Shown: piece after piece, positions 17,014-30,275 of the stretch
Numbering within the stretch: position 1 is the stretch's first letter
Layout: each line of letters starts with the position of its first letter
Translations under genes and position numbers: made by a program
Origin: the human T2T-CHM13v2.0 reference genome, Homo sapiens
NCBI RefSeq assembly: GCF_009914755.1
Contig: NC_060925.1
DNA: 64,000 bases
Strand: one strand, 5' to 3'
The notes under the pieces: model-generated
Told to the model about the DNA's origin: nothing
The model's input: only the letters and a program-made list of their open reading frames with translations
Databases searched by the model: none

Positions 17014-17977
17014 GTGTGAGTGGGTTGTGGAGCCACTGCCCCCACACCAACCAGCCAGGCTCCTCCCAGGCCCTGGGAGGGAAGTCTGTGCTCCTGTTCC
17101 TTCCGTTGCACATTCCTTTACAGATAAGGGCTTCAGTTGGTAAAAATGATATAGGTACTCAGATCACACTAAGACAGACCCACTTGTATTGGAGTCGAGA
17201 GGCTTAATTTTTTAATCAAGTTGTTCTAATAATAAACAAAAAATGCAATTATCAGGTGAGTGGGGCCTTGCAGAAACCCTTTCTCTAGCTCCTGCCCAAA
17301 TCGGTCTTGATAACCCTGAGCAAGGATGCTAGCCAAGCTACGGGGTACCTGGGTTCTGTATTATTCAGGATCAGAGGCAGAAGGAAGGACTTCAGACAAT
17401 AGGGTCGTAGCTCTGTTTCTGCTTAGACAAAGATTGCTTTCTGCCTCAGTTTCCCTTTATCCACATCTCTCTCAGTTTTCCTCTATCCACGGATTCTCTG
17501 TGACAATGGGCAAGTGTAATAAAAACACTGATTTCATAAACAGGATCAGAAAGATGGAAAAAACCAAAAGATTCCCACCTCAACCTCCAGGCAGGCTCGC
17601 TGGTCTCAGTCCCATCTGCCCCTTAAACCTGGAAACTGGGGACTGAACCAGATGAGCTTCTGGAGTCACTTCTGAATAGAGAAATATGTCAAGAAGCAGG
17701 AGCTAGAGAAAGGGTGTCTGCAAGGCCCCACTCACCTGGTGATTGCATTTTTTGTTTATTATTAGAACAACTTGATCAAAAAATTAAGCCTCTTGACTCC
17801 AATACAAGTGGGTCTCTCTTAGTGTGATCTGAGTACATATATCATTTTTACCAACTGAAGCCCTTATCTGTAAAGGAATGTGCAACGGAAGGAACAGGAG
17901 CACAGACTTCCCTCCCAGGGCCTGGGAGGAACCTGGCTGGTTGGTGTGAAGGCTGTGGCTCCACACCCCACTCACAC
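17014..17977. repeat. Long inverted repeat: arms 17014-17295 and 17696-17977 (282 bp each), 400-bp spacer
   Basis: Manual reverse-complement alignment gives 12 mismatches in 282 bp, no gaps, and a 93-bp perfect run. The ORF track shows the mirrored peptides. Confidence 0.97.
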
Positions 17978-19161
17978 ACACCACAGCATTGGAGGAAGAC
18001 AGGGACCTAGAGAGCTACTGAAGGGACTGTCTTTCCCACCCCAGGGCAGGCCAGGCTGGAGCCAGGAATCTGGGGTTAGGGCAGCAGGCGCAGCTCAGCA
18101 GCACTCTTGGGGAGGGGGACTCTTGGTCACCTCCCACTGTTCCCCTGCCCAGCTGAGATGTCAGGCCAGCCCTGCATTGGCTATAGGAAAGCTGCTCTGC
18201 TGAAGGGGCAGACAAGTTGTGGATGAGGGCCCAGTGCCAGGCAGGACCGATCAAGCCCAACTCACCTGCCCTGGCTCTCCAGGACTTGGCAAGGCTGCCA
18301 GGTGCAGGCAGGGGGAGAGTCTGCTTTCAGTCAGCCAAGATGAGGGGCTCTTGGGGGTCTCTGACCCTGCGGAGCCAGTGGAGGAAAGGAGTGGAGGCAA
18401 GAGATTACAGCATCCCAGAGGGAGGCCGGGGAGGGGGACAGAGACCCCAGCCCAAGCCCCCACAATCCTCAGGCAGCTGGAAAAGGCAGGCGACCAACAG
18501 ATGGGCCTGCTGGGCGGGTTTCCTCTCTGGCAGGCAGAGGGCAAGGGCCGCAGACGAGTCCCACGGATCCTTCGAGAAGCCTGAGCCAGACATGTGAATG
18601 TTTCTGGGGGATCTGAGTAGCTTCAGGGGCATGAGAAGCCAAAGGGAGGGTCGGTGTGGGGTGCATGCCTTTAGCTGGGGGACCAAGGCGGAAGAGATGT
18701 GGTAGCATGAAGATCTTAGAGCTACAGCAAGGACAGGTGAGGCGGATGGACCAGAGATAATAAATTCCCTTTGCCAAATCTAAGTTCTTGCTCTGCGAGC
18801 CCAGAAGAGGAGAAGCAAGCCTCACCTAAACAACTCCAATGGGGAAGGCGTGAGGTGGCGTGAGGGAGGGAGGATTCCACAGAAAGCACCTCTGCGATCC
18901 CGTCTCTCCTCTGCTCTACAATCACTGGTCCCCATTGCTCAGAGGATCAAGTCCAAGCTTCCCAGGCACCTACTCATGGTCTCCAAACACACGGGTCCTC
19001 CCCACCTTTCTGGTGCCATCCCCACTCCCTACCATACAGTCTTGGTGGCCACTAACTTGACTGGCTCACTGCCCATTCAGTGGAACTGCATCCACATGGG
19101 TCTCTCTTCCTCGCAGAACATGCCAACTAGGGGCAGCAAAGGGAGCTCCGTGGGATGAACT

Positions 19162-19395
19162 AGCTCACTGCAGCCTCCACCTCTACCTGGGCTTTAGCAA
19201 TCCTCCCTCCTCAGCCTCCCAAGTAGCTGGTACTGCAGGTACACACCACCACATGCAGCTAATTTTTTAGTTTGTTTTACAGACAGAGTCTTGCTATGTT
19301 GCCCAGATTGGTCTCCATCTCCCAGGCTCAAGCAATCCTCCTGCCTCAGCCTACTGAGTTGCTGGGACTTACAGGTGTGAGCCACCATGCCTGGC
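19162..19395 (-). mobile_element. AluJ fragment (antisense)
   Basis: Reverse Alu consensus, partial. Confidence 0.85.
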
Positions 19396-19669
19396 TAACG
19401 ATAACCTGTGTGACTTGGAAGCCCAGCTCCATCCCTGAGTAACTCACTGACTGAACAAATTACTTGACTATCCAGCCTGTTTTCCTCACCTGCAAATGGG
19501 CTTCTTTGAAGCCCAGCACATTCACTACCTTTTCTCCTCGGCCGCCTCCTTCTTTACTGTTCTGGGGTGTTATCTGCCTTTCTAAGCCTAGAGCTAGTGG
19601 GGTCACTGTACCAGAACTGCTGCCCCAGCACTCCTGTGCTCTGTCCTGTCTGCCTTCTGGAGACAACAG

Positions 19670-20190
19670 AACTGCTTTTGGTGGCTCCCCCGCCCCTCCC
19701 AGGGCCCCTCCTCCGGGGTCTCGCAGTTCGGGTTGGGGTCTGTACTGATGAATCCCAGAGACCCAGCACAGCCTTGGAGGCTCACCGGGGTCTCACTGCC
19801 CAGCCTGGAAGCACGCGGGGCAGAGACCTGGGCTTCTGATCTCTGCCTCCCTGCAACCCCTCAAGAAGCGCTGAGCAGCCCGTAGGCGCGCCAGGGCCGT
19901 GGGTGGACTGCCTGCCTGCACATTCTCGCACCTTCCTGGAGGAAGCTTCCAGAACAGAACAAGGAAGACCAACGGCTGGGTGGGGTTCCCTCGGTGGAGG
20001 AGCCGCAGGGGCCCAGCTTGGGAACCGGGTTATCAGGGGTGTGGCTCTGCAGAAAGCGTCCTGCCACGTCTCCCTCCCTGTCAACCTTGGGGAAGGAGAG
20101 AGGCACCCTTGGGGACAGAACTGGCCAGTTTCACCGGCGGCGGCTTCCGCAGGAACGCGGAGGAGGGAGACAAGGGGGCGGGGGAACACT
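19670..20190. promoter_or_regulatory. Small CpG-rich element (candidate alternative promoter or enhancer)
   Basis: Local excess of CpG (gcgcgcc, cacgcggg, ccggcggcgg) in otherwise CpG-depleted intron. Confidence 0.45.
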
Positions 20191-21282
20191 TCCTGTTGGG
20201 CAGGAATGGGTGTTACATAGCTAGATCTTTAAGCATCAGAAAGACAGCTACCAGACCCACTATGGCTGGGAGGTGGCAGGGGATGGGAAAGGTGGCCCTG
20301 TCACCTCCGAGAAGGCGCCTTCAGCCTGGGGAGACGCTGTGAGCAAACCCCCTGAAAGCCTTGTGGGGCCATCATGTGTGCTCTGGAGCCCTCTTGTGGA
20401 TTCTTGCGGTAAGTGCATACAGGCTTGCAGTGCGTTTCTCCCACGTTTTAACCTTTCGCTTGTTCTCTCCTCCTCCCACCACTCTTCCCAGTAAATGACA
20501 CCTTCAAAACCACACGCACACTCGAGCAAAACGTCTGTTGTGGATACCATGAGAGTCACTTCCTAAATACCCTGAAAGAAAGAGCTTTTTGACACACAAT
20601 TAACACATTTGTCTGCTCCTGGGCAAATGTCAATATTTGCTCATTGAAATTTCCCTCCCTCATCCACACTAAAAGAAACAAAATAACTCCTCCGGTTGTC
20701 TGGCTCTTATTATTACTTGGAATCCATGTCTGAAGTCGTTTGAGTTTCTAACTCATCCACCAACCAAATGTCATAAACCTTTGTGGGAACTGTGAAAATA
20801 GGAACGAACGGTGAGCCAGTCGTTCATTCATTCACTCACTCATTCAGCAAGAACTTACTGAGCACTTCGTTTGTCCAAGCAAGGTGCCAAGGATGCTGGG
20901 AAGCAGCCGTGCCATCATGCTAAGAGCAAAGCCTGTGAAATCAGGCACACATGAGGCCGCCTTCCCGCTTGCTTTCTATTAATACAAGCTTTGTGACATT
21001 GAGTAATACATACGAAGAACCAGTTTTCCCATTATTTGCTAAAAGCGGGATGATAGAACCTCCTCATAAAGGTGCGGTGAGGAATAAATGAGATAATGTC
21101 ATAAAGCACTTAGCTCCTAGAGTGGCGGCTGCTGCTATGATATACAGAATGACCACCAGGTCTGGAAATGTATGTGAACACAGAATTCATGGCTGGTTGA
21201 TAATTAAACAATATTGCCTGTGTCTCCGGACTTTACGACCCCCCTGTGTTGCCCCTGCCCTTGATGAGTTTTCAGTCTAGGC

Positions 21283-21460
21283 TACTGGTTCTCGAAGTGT
21301 GGGCCCCAGAGCAGCCACAGCAGCATAACCTGAGAATGTGTTGGAAGTGCAAATTCTAGACCCTCTGAATCCGAAACTCTAGGGGTAGGGCCCAGCCATC
21401 TGTGCTCCAACAAACCCTCCAGTGATTGTGATACACGCTCCAGTTGGAGAGTTACTAATC
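21283..21460. mobile_element. MER5A-like DNA transposon
   Basis: tggttctcgaagtgtgg...gcaaattct...gaaactctaggggtagggcccagccatctgtg...ccctccagtgattgtgat. Confidence 0.7.
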
Positions 21461-21499
21461 TAGTGGAAAATGACACAAGTATAAGCAAATAACTACCAT

Positions 21500-22700
21500 A
21501 CACGGACACATCCCTGAAGAAGTGACATCATGGGCAGGGCTTGAAGGAAGAACAAGTGTTCTCAGGTGGGCATGAGCCACATGAGGAGAGATTGGCACCT
21601 ACAAAGCCCCGGAAGCATGAAAGGGAAGCGAATGTTGAGGGAACCACAAGTGATTTGGCAGGGCTAGAGGAGAGGGCTAAAGAGCCAGGTGGGGAGTGTG
21701 GGAGGTGAGGCTGGGAAGGGGGGCGGGAGCGAGACTATGATGCCCTTTACGTGCCCAGATAGGGAATTTAGATTTTATCCTGTAAGTGACGGGTAACATG
21801 CAAAGTTTTTAATGGAGAATAATATGACCAAATTTGAATTCTAGAAAGAAAGCACTCTTGCAGCATTATGGCCTGGAGGCAGGAAGATCAGTTGGAAAGC
21901 TTCTACAATAATGGAAGTGAGAGTCCATGTGGGCCTGAACTCAGGCCATGGCTATGGAGATATCGAGAAGTGGGTGGGTTGAGAGATATTTGGGAGGAGA
22001 ATTGACAGGACCCATGGGGGAGGCATGAGAGCGGGAAAGGTTGAGGGTATCTCCGAGGGCTCTGCTTTGCTGGTATTTCTAGAAAAGATGGAACCGGCAC
22101 AGAGAAGCAATGACTTCAAGTCTGGACACAATGAATTGAGGGAGCTCAGAAGAAAGCTCTGGGCTGGTAGCTGAAGCAGAAATCAATTATGCCTGTGTTG
22201 TTTGTCTCCCAATGTTTATCATGCATGCATTCATTTCAGGAAATACTGGATTGCTATCATGCACCAGAAAGGTTCTAGGAGGGAGTGAAAAACACAATAG
22301 CCAGAATCTGCTCCCAGGACTTACACAGCAGTGGGGGGACCAGAAATACATAACCAAACAGATACATAAACAAACGTGTTTCAGGTAGTGCCAGGTGCTG
22401 TGAAGAAAAGTAAGAGTAAGAGTGTGGAGGGGTGGGGGAATTCAGGCAGAGCAGTCAGGCATGGCCTCTCTGAGGAGGTGACATGGGCTAATCGAGAAGT
22501 CGGAACCAGGTGTGTGGAAATGGGAGGACAGTGCTCCCAGGCAGGGGGAACAGCAAGCGCCAAGGCTCTGAGGTGGGAATGGGTTTGACATGATGGTGGG
22601 AAGGAAAGATGGCAGCACAGCCAGCCAGTCATGGGACACGAGGTCAGAGAGGTGGACAGGTACGTTTCTAGGGACTGGTGAGATGCCGTAATACATGTGA
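21500..22700 (-). mobile_element. L2 remnants (antisense)
   Basis: gatttt atcctgtaag, gagagatatttgggaggagaattgacaggac, ggcctctctgaggaggtgacat, gaacagcaagcgccaaggctctgag. Confidence 0.6.
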
Positions 22701-22862
22701 AAGTGTTTAGTGAACAATCTCTAGAGCCATGTACCAAAAGGAATATGAAGATGGTATCTGCAAGAGGGAGAAAAGAAGAAACAATTCACAATTCTTAACT
22801 GAAGCAAGAAGCATTTGGGTCCAAACAGGAAAAATTCAGTCTATAACTGTCATGTGATATTA

Positions 22863-23417
<555 letters not shown>

Positions 23418-24347
23418 CTAGTACAGATGGATGAGGATTTCAAAGCAGAGAGGGACGGAAAGGGGATGAGACAAGGGTCCTCCCTGCCCTGGCTAGACTG
23501 GGGCTCCCTCTGGTGGTGCCATTGCCCCAGGAGGCTGGGCAGAGGCGCTTCACCATCCCTGCAGAATCTGAGGCCAGACCAGAAGGTGAGGCCCACAGGC
23601 CTGGGCACGCTGAGCCTCACCCTTGCGAATGAAACCAGATGGAGAGACCCAGGCCAAGGCAGAGAGAAGTGAGTTCAACTGGGTAGCTCATGCACCACCC
23701 CAGCCCAAAGAGCTCTGTCTTCTGCTTCCAAGATTAAGTCCAGGGCAACTTCCCAAGGCACACCTTTAGCCACGGCAGGAAATAAGGGCTCCCCAGCCCA
23801 CAGAGGGGCCTGACCAACTCCTAGGAGGAAAATAGGGCATCTCCGCCCACACAAACCACCCCCAGAATCGCAGATGCCCCCATCCACAAGAGCAAGAGTG
23901 ACCGGAGCTGGCCTTGCCACCACCAGTCTGATGTCCTCCTTCGTACACCCCACGGACACCTTCCCTTCCCACTGCCTCCACATCCTGCCCCGCGGCTGCG
24001 TCTCCTGCCTCTGAACCTCTGCCTGTGTGTCTAGAACAGCCTCGTTCCTCTACTTTGTTGAGCCATCTCCTTCCCACCGGTACAGCCCAGCCCAACACTC
24101 CACCCACCCCACCCCAGGAAACTTACCAGGACTGACACTGGTTACTGCCCAGGCCAACATAAACAGACGCACTGATACATACGTTCCCATCTCTATCTCA
24201 GCTCTCAGGAGCCTCGGCACCTCCTAGCCAATCACAGACCCAGCAGTGCCTTCAGTGAAAAACCAGACACTTTAACCATCTCTCCTCCTGACAAGGATGA
24301 AAGTAGAACCAACAGCGACATCAGAAAGGAAACTGCGTCTTACTCAC

Positions 24348-24405
24348 TTGATGAAATACACAGCTCCTTCCTGGGTGGAATCCACTTCCCAGCCCTTGGG
24401 CAAAC
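24348..24405 (-). CDS. PLEKHA6: PLEKHA6 WW-isoform coding exon 3 (first half of WW domain 2)
   Basis: cctcacag|GT TTG CCC AAG GGC TGG ... TTC ATC AA|gtgagt; 58 nt. Encodes (G)LPKGWEVDSTQEGAVYFI(N), the classic WW 'LPxGWE...YF' motif, in phase with exon 2. Confidence 0.9.
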
Positions 24406-24976
24406 CTGTGAGGAAGCAAAATCACCAGAATGAGATACCCTGGGATCAACCTCTCTTCCTCTCTTCCCACAAACCCCACCTGCACTTAGGAGGGATGGGT
24501 GCCTGGACAGTCAGGAAAATCCAAATATAAGCCAGCCGAGTTCAAACCAACCATTCCATCCTTTTTTGTCCGTGATTTCTAGCAGTGAGATTCCCAGCAA
24601 ATAATGAGAGATATGGGAGTGGACGGGATGTCCTCCGTCAATGAGCGGTGAAGTGACCGAATGAATCATAGCCTGGCAGGACGCACTTATTCATTCAACA
24701 AATCTTTACTGAGCATCTACGATGCGCCAGGCCCTGTGCCAGCCCCTGGATACAACAGTGAACACACAGATGGTTCCCCTGGAAGTGTCCTCAGGATCAT
24801 CTAACCAGAAGGGCAGGTCACTTGCCCCAGGAACTCATCACAGATCATTAACACCTAAGATCCGAGTAAGACTCAAGTCTCCAAATACCAGGCCAGCGTT
24901 ATGGCCATCAGGCTGTGCTCTTTCTGGACAGGAAACCAAGGACCTAGGAAATCAGCCCCAGGAAAATGAAGAGACT

Positions 24977-26266
24977 TGCAATTTTTAAAATCTTTAATAG
25001 TGTCTCTGAAAAAAAAAAATTATCCATGGAAATGCTCAGAGGAGAATCACAGAACCTCAGTGTGAGCAAGGAAGTTGACAGTGGCCAGGAGGCACCCAGG
25101 CAGTCCCCACAGGTGGCCATAGCACCTCCATCTCCAAAGATCACTCATAGGCACTATCTCATCCTGCTCGCTCTCCCAAAACAGCCACCCTGGGCAGCAT
25201 CCCGCCTCCCCGGCAAACAGGATTCCTTCACCCCATGGCTGAGGAGGAGGAGCCTTTTGAGAGACCCAAGAGAGTCCACTGTCAGAGGTGGGGACAGTCA
25301 GGGAGCTGGCTGAGAACATTCCTTTTGGGAGTGCGAGCCTCCTGGCTGACATATTGGAAAACAGGTGGGGATTCTCTTGATGGACAGTGACTGCCACCTT
25401 TCTGGTCAGTCCACACGCCTGCCTTGTGTATGAAGTCTTACGAAGCATAGCTATTCACTGCTGGTCTGACTGTCTCCTGCCATGTTAGCAGCTGCTTTGA
25501 GGCACCAGCTGCTGGGGAGCAGTGCCTGGGTTCTGCAGAGTGGCAGGTCCAGTTTCTAATCATTCATTTTATTCACCTGTATTTATCAAGGGTCTATATT
25601 TCCACAGTTGCTGCTGATGGTGATGCTGCTGTTTCAGCAAAACAGGGCAGCCAGCAAGCCCAGCTCCTGCCAGGACTTGGCCCACCTATCACACCAGCTA
25701 CCACTTAGCGAGTACTTCCTTCCTCTAAGCTATGCACTTTGCCTCTGCTAGTGCATTTAATCTGCATAGCAACATTATACAATAGGTGTCCTCCGAAACA
25801 TTTTCGCCGATAACAGATGAGGAAACAGAGGCCCAGACAGGTTCATCAACTGGCTCAAGGTCACACAGGAAGTGTCTGGGCCGGGATGTGAGTGCTGCTG
25901 TGCTGTCTCCAAAGCCCACACTCTTTCCTCTGTGCCGCTCCATAAATGCTACTTGTTCCCCTCTGTCTCTGTGGGAGGACGTTGCCATTCAGGAGGGCGT
26001 GGGTTGGCAGTCTCCCCAAGTAGAGGGATCCCCATTGGGTCAGAATCATAAATAATTCTGCCACTGTGATGTGCCTGGGAAAGAGGCCAGTATGGATTAT
26101 GTCCCCTGCCTTTTTCTAGCAACTTCCCTCCACACTGCCCTCTCTGCCTGGGCAACACCAAGAGTGCTTATATTCCCATCCAGGCGGAGTGCCCGCTGAG
26201 GCAGCTGCCCTCGCGGCAAGCTCCGGGGGCATCTTAACCCCTTCCCAGCCTTAGACAACCAGTTGG
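24977..26266 (-). ncRNA. LINC00628: Candidate ~1.3 kb intronic transcript or terminal exon (probably the locus annotated LINC00628)
   Basis: Bounded by a minus-strand acceptor (tgctttcatttttggctgcag|, AG at 26268-26267) and ATTAAA at 24998-24993. The name comes from recollection of a lincRNA inside PLEKHA6 at about this position and size. Confidence 0.4.
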
Positions 26267-27261
26267 CTGCAGCCAAAAATGAAAGCATTGGCTCACAGGC
26301 TGGTATTCATCTTCCACTCCTACCTAGGATGATAATGAGGTGGAAGGACTCAACCTGTAAACAGCTGAAACACTGAAGGTGACACCACCATCAACCTGGT
26401 AGAAGAAAACAGCCCTGGCCTTAGAGTCAGGAGGCCTCGCTGCAAGTTGGAAATACAATGGTGACAATAACAGCAGCAGCCACCTCCATTTTGGGAGCCA
26501 CCTCTCTGATGTAATGCTACTACTTTTTTGAGGTTCATAATCCTCTCCCCATTATAAAGATGAAGAAGCTAAGTCCAGGAAGAATTAAACCCCTAGTGCA
26601 AGAGCACACTGGAAGCAATAGAACCAAGATTGAGCTCAGATCTCTCTGCCTCCAAAATGTATGCCTTTAACCATGACACCACTTTGCTTATTAGTCAAAT
26701 GGCCTTGAGCCAGGTACTTCCTCTCTGTTCTTCAATGTTTCTACCATAAAATGAAGAGTCGAACTCCATGATCCCTGAAGTCTCTTCCAGAAATGATCCC
26801 AGCTCAGAAGCTAAAAAGAAAAGGACTCTGAACAAGCCAAAGGCTTCATCCTGTGTGTCCAGCAGTGCCAGCTGTGCCCATGATTGACGGAGGCCTTGGA
26901 ACCAGGCGCCTAGTGTCCAGTCCGGTGAAGCGCTGGAAGGCGAGAGGGGGAAGGGCTGGAAGGCGGGAAGGGGAGAGATATCTCCCCGCACTGTGACCCA
27001 CACCCCCTCTTACTGGCCCGTGGTGGCGTCATGAGGAGGATGAATGGCTGTTCAGTTAAAGTACCTAGGCCTTGTGATTCTTGATGTCTCTACCTCAACA
27101 ACTTAGACTGAAGTCTTTTTCCTTGGTTGTTTCTTCATTTCTGACCTGTTTGTGTCCCACCTTTCCCACTAGCCCTGAGGGCTACCAGTGATGTTTTCTC
27201 CATAATCAGCAATGAATGTCAGCCTTGTCCCCTTTCATGTTTCTCCTCAGTGGGAGAAACA

Positions 27262-27755
<494 letters not shown>

Positions 27756-28078
27756 GGGGCTGGCTTCTGCCAGTTCAAGAGCCCTTGAGACAGGGGATTT
27801 TCTGACTGGGCAGAGGGATGAAAGATGAGTAAAAATCTTTGTCCTCAAAGGCCCATCTCAGATACTAATTTTGGAGGTGGAAGCTTAGAGAGACACTGAG
27901 GTGAGCTCCAACAAGCCTGCAATCTCCCCCAGATGGCAGGCAGTCCAAATGCTAAGCTGAGTCCATCCATGGAGAAAGGAAAAAGTCAGAAGCAAAGTTG
28001 GGGCACAGGATTCCTGCTGCCACCTCAAGCTATTACATCCTCCTCAATTGCAAAGGCAGGGACAGACAGGTTCCTTAC

Positions 28079-28155
28079 CTGGGCAGGAGGTGTGTCCACT
28101 CTGGATGGGTGACTTTGTTCCAGGGTGCACCCAGCTGGTTGACTTTTCCTCATCA
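28079..28155 (-). CDS. PLEKHA6: PLEKHA6 WW-isoform coding exon 2 (end of WW1 plus linker)
   Basis: tctttctgcag|T GAT GAG ... CCA G|gtaagg; 77 nt, phase 2 in and phase 1 out, matching the neighbouring exons. Encodes (N)DEEKSTSWVHPGTKSPIQSGHTSCP with the WW 'TxWxHP' signature. Confidence 0.9.
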
Positions 28156-29144
28156 CTGCAGAAAGATCAATAAGAAAGTGTCAGCTACAAGAGAGGCTTT
28201 TCTGAGCAGGACACTCATCTCCAGATTCACATTAACACCGACTATTCAATCCCAGACACATGAGATGAGAGCATCCACAAGGCTGTTCATTCATTCACAT
28301 TCACAGAGAATTATTTACTAAGCACACTCTGAGGATTTCAGGATGAATAATATCGAATCCCTAACCTCAAAGAATCTACATCCCACTGGGAAACAAATGC
28401 ATAAAAAGATAGCTGCAATACAATATGATAGGCACTGTAATCCCTATTGTAACTATGTGTAGAAAGTGTGATACCATCGCAAAGAAACAAGGGCTACCTG
28501 GCATGAGGTTAAGGAAGGGGAAGCATGAAGGCTTCACGGCAGAGGCAATGTTAGAGATGATTGCTAAAGTCAGGTGGGAAAAACAAGGAAGGTCCTTAAC
28601 TGGCAGCTTCTCGAATGGATAAGAAAAGGAGGAGACTGCATGAACCCATAGTCCTTATGTGTCAACAATGCTACATATTTTTCATTCACGACATTCCCTC
28701 ACACTGGAAATTTTACAGATTATGAATCGAGGTTCAGAGAAGTTAAGAAATTTGGCCAAAGTCACAACCTAGATCTGTCCCTAGATTCAGACCTAGATTC
28801 AGACCTAGATCTGTCCCCGACAAAACTCTTTCTGATACCTCACACCCAGCAAGGCAGGCTCCCCAGCAACACAGACCCTCTGGGCTCTAGATTGGATGGC
28901 AGATGAAGCCATCATCATTTCTCAATCCCCACCGACCAAGTGACACAGACTTCCAGAGCCAGATGTGATCCAGCAAGAAGCATCTGACTGTCTTGGCTAC
29001 TTCAGGTATGTGGAGGAAGGGACTCTCAGGTCACGTGGATCACCCAGGCTTTAGGATGGCATCTTGGAGCCCAGGACAAGACTCTACTCAATGTCTTTAA
29101 GGTATAATGGATGTAGAATAAACTCCACTAAGAAAGACTCCATT

Positions 29145-30275
29145 AAACTTTTATTAAAATGAGATATCGAATAAACGCCCTAAAAAATTTACAATTTAAT
29201 AGTTTTGACTTATCTATACACCTGTGAAACTGCCACCGAAATCAAGATAATGAATTCCCAAACTTTCTGTGTGACCCTTTGTAATTCCTCCTTCCCACCC
29301 CCAACCCCAAGCTCTTTCTATCCTCACCCCTCTCCCCAGCAACTGATTTGTTTTCTGTTACCATAGATTAGTTGCATTTTCCAGAGTTTTATATAAAAGG
29401 AATCATACAATCATACAATACAGTCATGCAATCATACAATCATACATCTTTCCCTGAAAAACTTTTTTTTTTTTTTTGACGGTCTCACTCTGCCATCCAG
29501 ACTGGAGTGCAGTGGCACAATCATAGCTCATTTGTAGCCTCAAACTTCTGGGCTCAAGCAATCCTCCCACCTCAGCCCCCTGAGTGCTAGGACTACAGGC
29601 ATGTACCACCATGTCTGGCTATATTTTTTCTTTCTTTTTTTTTTTTTTTTTTTTTGAGATAGAGTATCACTCCGTCACCCAGGCTGGAGTGTGCAGTGGC
29701 ACGATCTTGCCTCACTGAAATCTCTGCCTGGGTTCAAGCAATCCTCCCACCTCAGCCACCCAAGTAGCTAGAGTTACAGGCATGCAACACCACGCCTGGC
29801 TAATTTTTCGTGTATTTTCAGTAGAGACGGAGTTTCACCATGTTGGCCAGGCTGATCTCAAACTCCTGACCTCAAGTGCCTCAGCCTCCCAAAGTGCTGG
29901 GATTACAGGCGTGAGCCACTGCACCTGGTCTCTGGCTATTTTTTTTTTGCAGAGACAAGGTCTTACTATGTTGCCCAGGTTGGTTACAAACTCCTGACCT
30001 CAAGTGATCCTCCTGCCTTGGCCTCCCAAAGCACTGGGATTACAGTGTGAACCACAGCACCCAGCTGTCTGACTTTCGTGCTTTTTTCCATATTGTGGTG
30101 TGTGGTCGTTTGATTCCATTTAATTGCTGAATAGTATTCCATTGTAGGAAACACCACAGTGTGTTCATTCATTCACCTGTTGCTGAACTTACGGGTTGTT
30201 TTCAGTTCTGGGCCATTACAAAGAAAGCTACTATGAACATTTGTGTACTAGTGTTGGTGTGAAAATATGCTTTTT
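29145..30275 (-). mobile_element. L1M 3' fragment (antisense) containing nested Alus
   Basis: aactttttattaaaat...acacctgtgaaac..ccac..aatcaagata...ttgctgaatagtattccattgta...aaagctactatgaacatttgtgtac. Confidence 0.7.
29463..30065 (-). mobile_element. Nested Alus: one Alu (~29625-29930) inserted in the A-rich linker of an AluJ
   Basis: The host arms are split around a complete second Alu, with a tctggcta-(T-rich) duplication on both sides. Confidence 0.8.

Noticed and set aside
16884-18203. Duplicated peptides (MQRKEQEHRLPSQGLGG...) suggesting paralogous small genes
   Set aside because: A by-product of the inverted repeat; non-ATG starts and no homology.
28769-29445. Short tandem duplications (cctagattcaga units at ~28769-28818; aatcatac units at 29401-29445)
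   Set aside because: Local slippage inside MIR/L1 remnants; no spacer-repeat architecture, so not CRISPR-like and of no evident function.
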